From: Monocercomonoides exilis PA203
Lineage: Eukaryota > Protista > Preaxostyla
Assembly (NCBI GenBank): GCA_001643675.2
Contig: LSRY02000013.1
Coordinates: forward strand, 496,001 to 560,000
Direction: 5' to 3'
Length of the DNA: 64,000 bases
Positions 57,001 through 64,000 of the stretch are shown here, one piece after another. The notes beneath the pieces are model-generated. The model saw only the letters and a list, made by a program, of their open reading frames with translations. It was not told the DNA's origin and searched no databases. The translations under genes and the position numbers were made by a program. The number at the start of each line of letters is the position of its first letter. Positions within the stretch are counted from its first letter, which is position 1.

Positions 57001-60000
57001 TCTTTTTCATTCACAAAATTGAACTCGTTTGATTTGCCTCCCATTCGCTCACAACCAGCTGCAAATCTTGTGTCTGTCTTTCGCTTCAATGCCCCTGTGT
57101 CACTTCTACATGCATTTCTGGCTGATGAATGTCCGTTCTTTATTATCTCTGGTTTGCTGAGTCCAGTTGTGATGCTATATCGCTTGACAATCACATTTTC
57201 AGATAAGAAAACAGCACAATCGAAGCAAACCTCAAAATCGGCATCCAACTTGAATGATGGAGAGTTATTGGAAATTCCTCAGCCCAATTCAACAGTTGCA
57301 CATGTTTCTATTGACTCTCTTCTTTTTGCGATGCAGACATTAAACAGTGTCACATCTTCGACTTCGAATTCTTCTCTTGTTGCGCATTGCGTGTTTGCTT
57401 CTTCGGCCATTTCATCACATCCACATAGTGCGGGTGTTATGATGAGCAGAGAGGCAAACAATCCAAAAATTGGAATGAAAAAGGACGAAAATTTGACTTT
57501 ATCCGTTTTTGTTGGGTGTTGTGATGGAATGCTTTCCTCGTATTCATTTGCTTATTCTTCACTTCAAAGCGACTTCACTTCAAACATTCAATCCATTCAA
57601 GCTTCTTATCCTTCTTCTTCTTCAACTTCTTCATCCGTTCCGCAAGTGACTCGACCTGAAAGCATTCCACCTTTTCTCTTCTGTCCAATTCCACTGATTC
57701 GTCTCTCTTCGTTGCCATCTGTCTTAAGTTGTGGTTATTCTCCACTTTTGATTCATTCAAAGACATCTGTCTTCACATCATCATCACAGTCAACATTTCA
57801 GAAAAGCAAAAGTTCTTCATTTAATCCAGAGATATTTGTTTTTGGGTCGTCTTCTTTGGCAATTGGCTCTTCAAATCACTCACCTTCTCCAATTATTCGT
57901 ATCATATCAACAACATCTCCTGTCTCTTCCATTGCGTCTTGGACATCATCACCATCATCATCTTCTTCTTTTGGATTGCTTTCACAGGAAGAAGAGGAAC
58001 ATTTCATTTGGACTCAACCGTTTTCTTCTTCTTCATCATCAGAGCAGAACAAGCTGATGATTGGCTCACTTCAAAAGGAGTACACACTTCATCCGTATTC
58101 TTCGCAACGCTTACCTTCTCCACCTGTTGCTTTGTCTTATTCACCAGATCTGTCTACTGTTGTCGTCGCTCTCAATTCACAGCGTCCAATTGTTCGCAAT
58201 CCAGAAACAGAAAAAATCCCCCCTCCGCCAGCTGTATCCACACCTTATCCAACTCTTCTTGCTTATTCGCTTTCATCTCCACAACACTCATCATCTCACA
58301 TAGAATGTGTTGGAGTGTGCCATCTTCCTCCAGGGATGCTTATCAGAGACATGTGCATTGTCCATCTTCCTCAGCTTCCTTTCTCTCAATCTCAATCTCA
58401 GTCTCACTCTCATTCATGTGCCGTGGCTGTTGCTCTGCACGATGACATTCCTGGTATTGCCCTCCACGAAATAGACATCCAATCACCACTCATCACAAAC
58501 TCAGTCAGCACTCTGCACACATCAGCACTGGCAGCCATGCAGCTGACAAGCACACAAACAGCGCAGTCTTCTTCTTCTTCTTCTTCTGCTGCTGAAAACA
58601 CTCACAATCAAACGGGCCAAGCACAGCAAGGAACACAAGAAAGAGACGGCTCACCAACACGCGAAGAGATATTTGATGCATTTCGAGGGCAGACTGCAGC
58701 TACGTTTGCTCCACCAAGCATAAGTGGTCTTATTGCAGTGCTGGAAATGAACTGGATTGACACTCAATTCAACGATGGCTGTGAAAGTGATGAGGAACAC
58801 AATGAAATGGAAATGCACAACTTGATCCAATTGTCAAATGTGCAGCCTCCATCTGTTGTGTTTAAACCAATTCAACTTATTTCCACAGAAGGCATTCCAA
58901 CCGTTTTGAGAACAATGTCGACTTCTTTCTTTGGAGTTATGGTTCATTGCTCATTTGTTGTTGTGGCAATTCATCCAAAAATGGAAGCTGAGAGTGTTAT
59001 TTCGAATGCTTCTTCTGAAGTTAAAGAAGAGAAATTGCAGACTTCATCTTCATCAGCTACAAAACTGTATCATCCTCATCTTCACTTCATTTCAGAACAA
59101 CCAAATTCTTTCACAAACTTGCCAAGTCAAAGCCCAATGAGCAAATTCGATCCTCCTTCACAGGAATGGGATGTTGATGTTGTTGCATGGGAGAACTTCA
59201 CAACAGCCGCCTTGTGTGTTTCTGAATCAACCTCTCAAACAGGAATATCTCCTTCTGTTGTGAGTGCTGCTGTGAACTACCAAAAGAAACCTTCAGAAAA
59301 TACTGATCTTTTCAGCAGCTCAAATGAAGGAGGAGAATTAATAGCCTTCGCAACGCTGCCAAACATAGTTCACATCTTCCACTTTGGAGTGAATGCACCA
59401 TCACTCAAAAAGACAGCCTCTAATCTGTCGTCTTTCAAAGATGCTTTTCTTTCAGTCCATCCTTTCTCTTCTGAATGGATCAGAAAGCATTCACTCACTT
59501 TTGTGGCTGGTGGGTCACTTTCAACCACTCCAATTTCCCTCAGCTTCGTTTCATTGCATCCACATTGCGTTAATGAAGGCTTGAAGCTGATAGCCTCTTC
59601 ATCTGACTTTCTGCTGCTGTTTGACATTTCACCTCGTTTGCCATCGCCTATTCTTCCTCTTCCTTTGCCTGGACAGCAAGAAGGACTCGCTCAGCCACAG
59701 ACAACTGCTCTTTGGTGGGATCCATTTAGAGCGTGGATTCAGCGCGAGGCAACATCGCCTGCTGTAATTAACTGCGTTTCTGCTATTCCACACATGAGCT
59801 CATTGAGTAAAGAACATAATAAGCATGCAACGCCTTCATCATCAACGTCATCATCATTTTTATCCATTCCTTCATTTTTCATTCCGTTTACTCCTGAATG
59901 CTTTGACCATAACAGGAATGAAACTGAAAGACAGTCGTATTTGTGCCTCTCAAAATTTGGAGGAATAGATGAAATAACTTTGGATGATGAAGATAGCGAA

Positions 60001-60033
60001 GATGATTTTCACCCCGAATTGAAAAAAATTTGA
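54096..60033 (+). CDS. Divergent DDB1-like (DDB1/SF3B3/CPSF160 family) triple beta-propeller protein, 2 exons
   Basis: Intron 54326-54419. Motifs in DDB1 order: DFLFILF, QVVLGGGTGSAGFL, GLNDSETTL...LIQVT, VFVGCCDG, LSCGYSP, KLMIGSL...LH...LPSPPVALSY. Confidence 0.7.
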
Positions 60034-60377
60034 AAAGTTTTTTTTTCCATGTTTTTTTACAAATAATTTACAAAAAAATTTTTTTTCTAAAGATAACTGA
60101 ATAATTGCAATGAGATGAAACTTAAATCATTTATTACAATGGTTATGATATGTTGAATTTTTCGTTTTTGATGAATTTAAATCATGAATTTGAATTCTTG
60201 ATGAATAAAAAGCTAAGCCAACAATTAAAGAATAAATCTCTTGAATGCAAAACAAAACAATTTTCATCAAAACTTGCATATTGTTGAAAAGAATCATTCA
60301 ATAACGTCTTGAATTATATTCACAATTATTGAAAAATATCTATTTAATTAATTTCTGATAAACCATTATTATGTTTA

Positions 60378-62327
60378 ATGTCAAAACAGTTTAACAAATT
60401 AAACTATGCACAGCCAACGCAGCCAACTACAATTCTTTTTGAAAAGAAGGTTTTAATATTATTAACAAATTCTTGGAGAAATACTTGCTGAATTTATGTT
60501 TATAAATAAAAATTGAATTAATATCTCTAAACCTTCAGAGAGCATTAGAGGAAGCTAAAGAAGGGTTAACAGCACAAAAAGAATTATCAGAACAGCAAAA
60601 AAAAGAGTTTGAAAAAAGAAAGGAAGTTTGTATCTTTGCTTTTTTTAGTATTACGTAAAGTTTCTCTTTTTTTAAATTATTCAGGAAATAAAACTTCAAC
60701 GAGAGCAATTGATTCAGCGTCCTGCAATGTACGATCACTACGTGAAGGTTTGCTCACATATGTTTATTTTCTTCCGCAATATACTTTTAATTTGAAACAA
60801 ATATAGCAATCATATGATAAAATTGCTCAAGCCGAGCAGCTGTATTTATCTGAGCAATCAACCTGCAAAACATTAGATAAAGAAATACAAGCTAAACAAA
60901 GAAAGATTGCTGAACTCGAAGCTGAAAGAAAAAAGAAGGAGCGAAAGCTTGCCCAAATGGAAAAATCAAGAGACTATCTTATTCACGAAGAAACTGATGA
61001 ATTTCCAGAAGTTTCAGTATGAATTTTTTGTGAAACTTACAAAAATTTATTATTATCTTGTTGAGGCTTTAATCCAACGTTATGAAGCGCTTCAATCAAG
61101 CACTAAAGAGCTTATTTCACAGATAGAAAACATTCAGAAACAACAAGAGGAAACACTTCTTGAAATAGGAAAGACTAAACAAGAACTTGGAAATGCCATT
61201 CTTGCAATGACGAACCAGTTGGATGTGCTTGAAAGTCAGCTAAAAGACAAGCGAGCAACTGTTAGAGCGATGAGTGAAGGAATACAAACAGAAGTTGTTC
61301 AGCTTGCTGCAAGCAAAGCTGAAGAAAGCGAAGCAAAAATGTATTGTTTTTTTATAATCTTGTTATTATTAAAGAAGATGTGATTTCCCCTTCCCCCTTT
61401 TTGCCATTCATTACATTTTTCAACAAAATATTCAGGGCATTAGCCAATTTGTTCACTCGCGTGGTGATTGCACGTGTCCAGCTGGCTGGCACGCTCTCAG
61501 CACCTGCCATTGTCCAGGCATACACACTCACAAGCTCATCACCCCCGCTGCGATCCACCACATCCGCAACAGGCGCGCAGCAGTCGCTCTCTGCTCCTTC
61601 CGCACTCGGCTCTTATCTTTCAGGCACTTCACCTTCTTCTCCTTCTTACTCGTCGGGTGCAACGGACTCTGCTGCTCTGATTGCCCAGCTGCAGCACCAG
61701 GCGTTCCTTCAACAGCAGCAGCACGAAGCTGATCTGATCATTGAGCAGATGAAAGAAGCGAACGGCGTCAAAACCAACGACGAGGCAATGCTCTGCCTCA
61801 TCCGCGACTTCCTCATTGATTTGTCTGCCTGCGAAAAGGATATCGACCGGCTAATCGCAGAGAAGCAGCAGCAGGCTCTGCAGTCGTCCATCTCTGGTGC
61901 AGTACCTGGAGCGAGTGGGCTGACTGCAACTACTGCGGGAGGTGTACAGGGCTTCGATGCAACGAGAGGAGCAGACTTGGCTTCGACAGGTGTTCCACTT
62001 GACACAAGCATCGCCTCTGGTGACTCAGCATCGGTGGGAGCTCGAAACAAGACGCCGCTGCAGACAAAGCGGACCATCACAAAATCTCCTCTTTCTGGAA
62101 TGACGAAGGCGAAGGCCAAGCAGTCAGCTGCACCATCTGCAACACCCACGAGCAGGCCATCTTCAACAGGTGGAATGAAGGCATCAGACAAGACAACAAA
62201 GACTGCTGCAAAGACCGCTCAAAAGGCTTCTCCGAAGGCAGTGGCAAAAGCGAAAAGGCCTGCTGTTCGGCCTGGTTTGGAGTCGACGATTGGCGAGGAG
62301 GCGTTTTGGGGAACTGGAGACATGTAA
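60378..62327 (+). CDS. CCDC42/CFAP73-like (DUF4200) coiled-coil flagellar protein, multi-exon
   Basis: TILFEKKRALEEAKEGLTAQKE and DEFPE..ALIQRYEAL resemble CCDC42/CFAP73. GT-AG introns give a continuous frame. Ala/Ser/Lys-rich tail. Confidence 0.65.
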
Positions 62328-62726
62328 AATGGATTGCCTTTCTTTTTCACTTTATTCTTTTTATTCTTCTGTTCATTTTCTGATTAATCACATTCTTATC
62401 CATTTCAAAGAAAACATTTCATCTTTTTTTAAATTGAGGAGCCTCGAACTTAAAAACTCAACGTGTTTCTTTTCAGCAATTTCTATTTTGTTTATTGTGA
62501 ATAGAAATGTTGCTGAAAAAGAGCAAAAACTCTTTTGAAGAACTGAAAAAGAAAAAGAAAAAGAAAAAGAAAAAGGAAAAAAAAAATGTTTTGAAACAAA
62601 TGTGACAGGGGAGAAGAGCTATTGTGGTGAAGTGAAAGTGTTATCTCAACAGAATAGGAAGAATCGACAGAGACAGCTGAAAAAGCCGAGTGTGAATTAA
62701 AAGACAGACACTTCCATCTCCTCCTT

Positions 62727-64000
62727 TCACTTCGAGTTCGCAGTGACGTAGATTTTGAGTGCGTTTTGCGCCTGTGGGTTTGTCAGCCTCTCGCTCATTG
62801 CCCTCAGCTCGTCCATGTTTGTGACCTGCTTCGCCGCCTCCAGCGCATCAGTGAACTTTCCTGTGCCGATGATGCCTGAGATCACAAACAGCAGCTCGCA
62901 CTTGACTATCTTGTTGGGTATCTGCTCAGCATATTTCAGCGCCTCCCGCGGCTGGTTGTATCGCAGGCAGATTTCGGTGAGCTGCTCCATTCCAACTGGA
63001 AACTTCTTCTCCTTTGCGATCTTCTCCAGCAAGTCCCACTTCCCTTTGAGCGAATATGCCTGCACTTTGATCCACGCATACCGCCTTTGCGACATCTTGA
63101 AGAAGTCTGCCAGCCCATCCGCCGCCCTCTCTTCTCCTTGGCAGATCAGCTCAAACAGGAAGTCCCGAAGTGACATGTCCACAAAACCTGATGAAATAAG
63201 TCAATTTGTTGAATATTTACACAAAATAGATTCCAATCAATTTAGAAAAAAAATAAACAGCATTTTCAGAATAAACAGGGAGAGAGAGAGAGAGAGAGAA
63301 AACAAACCATTCGGTCCGCAAGTGCCTGGCTCGTGTGGCTGATCAGCAGCAGTCAGATGAAACGGGATCCTTCTGATAGCCACGCCATTGTCGCCCAGCA
63401 GCCCCACCGTCGCCTTCTCCTCTTCCTCCAGCAGTCGCGAGTGCAGACCGAACTGCTTTGCCAGAAAGCTCACGAGCGCCCCCTTTCCCTCCGAAAGCGA
63501 GGCAGCCAGCTCCAAATCGTCCTTCCTTTCGCTCAGCGTCTCCTTCTCGTAGCTGTGCAGCGCCACCGCCCGCGCCACCTCGAGCCGGTTGTCCTGATTG
63601 TACTGCAGCAGCTTGTACAGCTCCAGCTCCCGCAGCCCCATCCGCCGGCAGTGCGCCAGAAACAGCTTGATGGCTGCTGGGTCGCTTGTCACCATCGCCA
63701 CAAAGCGCTGCACGTCTTCTGCATTCGGGTCCCAGTCTTCAGTCAGCCGGGGACGCATCTTGAAGATGCAGCGGAACACTGATGGAAATAGGGGTGACAT
63801 GAATGTGAAACAAAAGGAGTGAAATGAGATAATTATAAAATTCATAAAAGCAAGAAGAAAAAAAGAATGTATTGAGGAGGGGGAAAAAAATATGAATTTC
63901 TTTGAAAAGAAATAGGGAAAATGACAAACTCAGAAGAAGATTGCCAGATTGAGAAGCCTTTTGGATAGCTTTCAGAGGTTCGTCGATTGCAAGAAGAGTT
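62727..64000 (-). CDS. VPS16: Vps16 (HOPS/CORVET subunit), C-terminal part; 5' end outside the window
   Basis: KAIQKASQSGN and FVDMSLRD...AWIKVQAY...WDLLEKIAKEKKFPVG...EALKY match Vps16_C. Confidence 0.88.

Overview
AT-rich, gene-dense eukaryotic DNA with short spliceosomal introns (mostly GTTTG/GTATG...AG) and the standard genetic code. It resembles an oxymonad such as Monocercomonoides (inference from intron style, Ser-rich low-complexity proteins and the GGAIY-repeat surface-protein family). About 15 host genes: a partial giant GGAIY/beta-helix surface protein, MO25/CAB39, a degenerate Rab-like GTPase, CEP164, KCR/17beta-HSD12-like SDR, epsilon-tubulin, AP-1/2 beta-adaptin, a CAF-1 p60/HIRA-like WD40 protein, a 3.9-kaa rotatin-like protein, a large WD40/polyproline protein, GAS8/DRC4, Sas10/Utp3, a DDB1-like protein, CCDC42/CFAP73-like and partial Vps16. 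The strongest non-genic signals are (i) a complete 1400-bp Merlin/IS1595 (ISXO2) transposon with 30-bp TIRs and an 8-bp TSD, whose TSD starts 26 bp from (ii) a near-perfect 2.03-kb palindrome, and (iii) three further inverted-repeat structures at 6.4-8.4 kb, including a 358-bp near-perfect hairpin. Also seen: two GC-AG introns with identical AAG|GCTTG donors, a P-loop K->M pseudo-GTPase, a 1.2-kb higher-order microsatellite inside a tubulin intron, and several centriole/flagellar genes close together. Protein identities come from recalled family motifs, not database searches.
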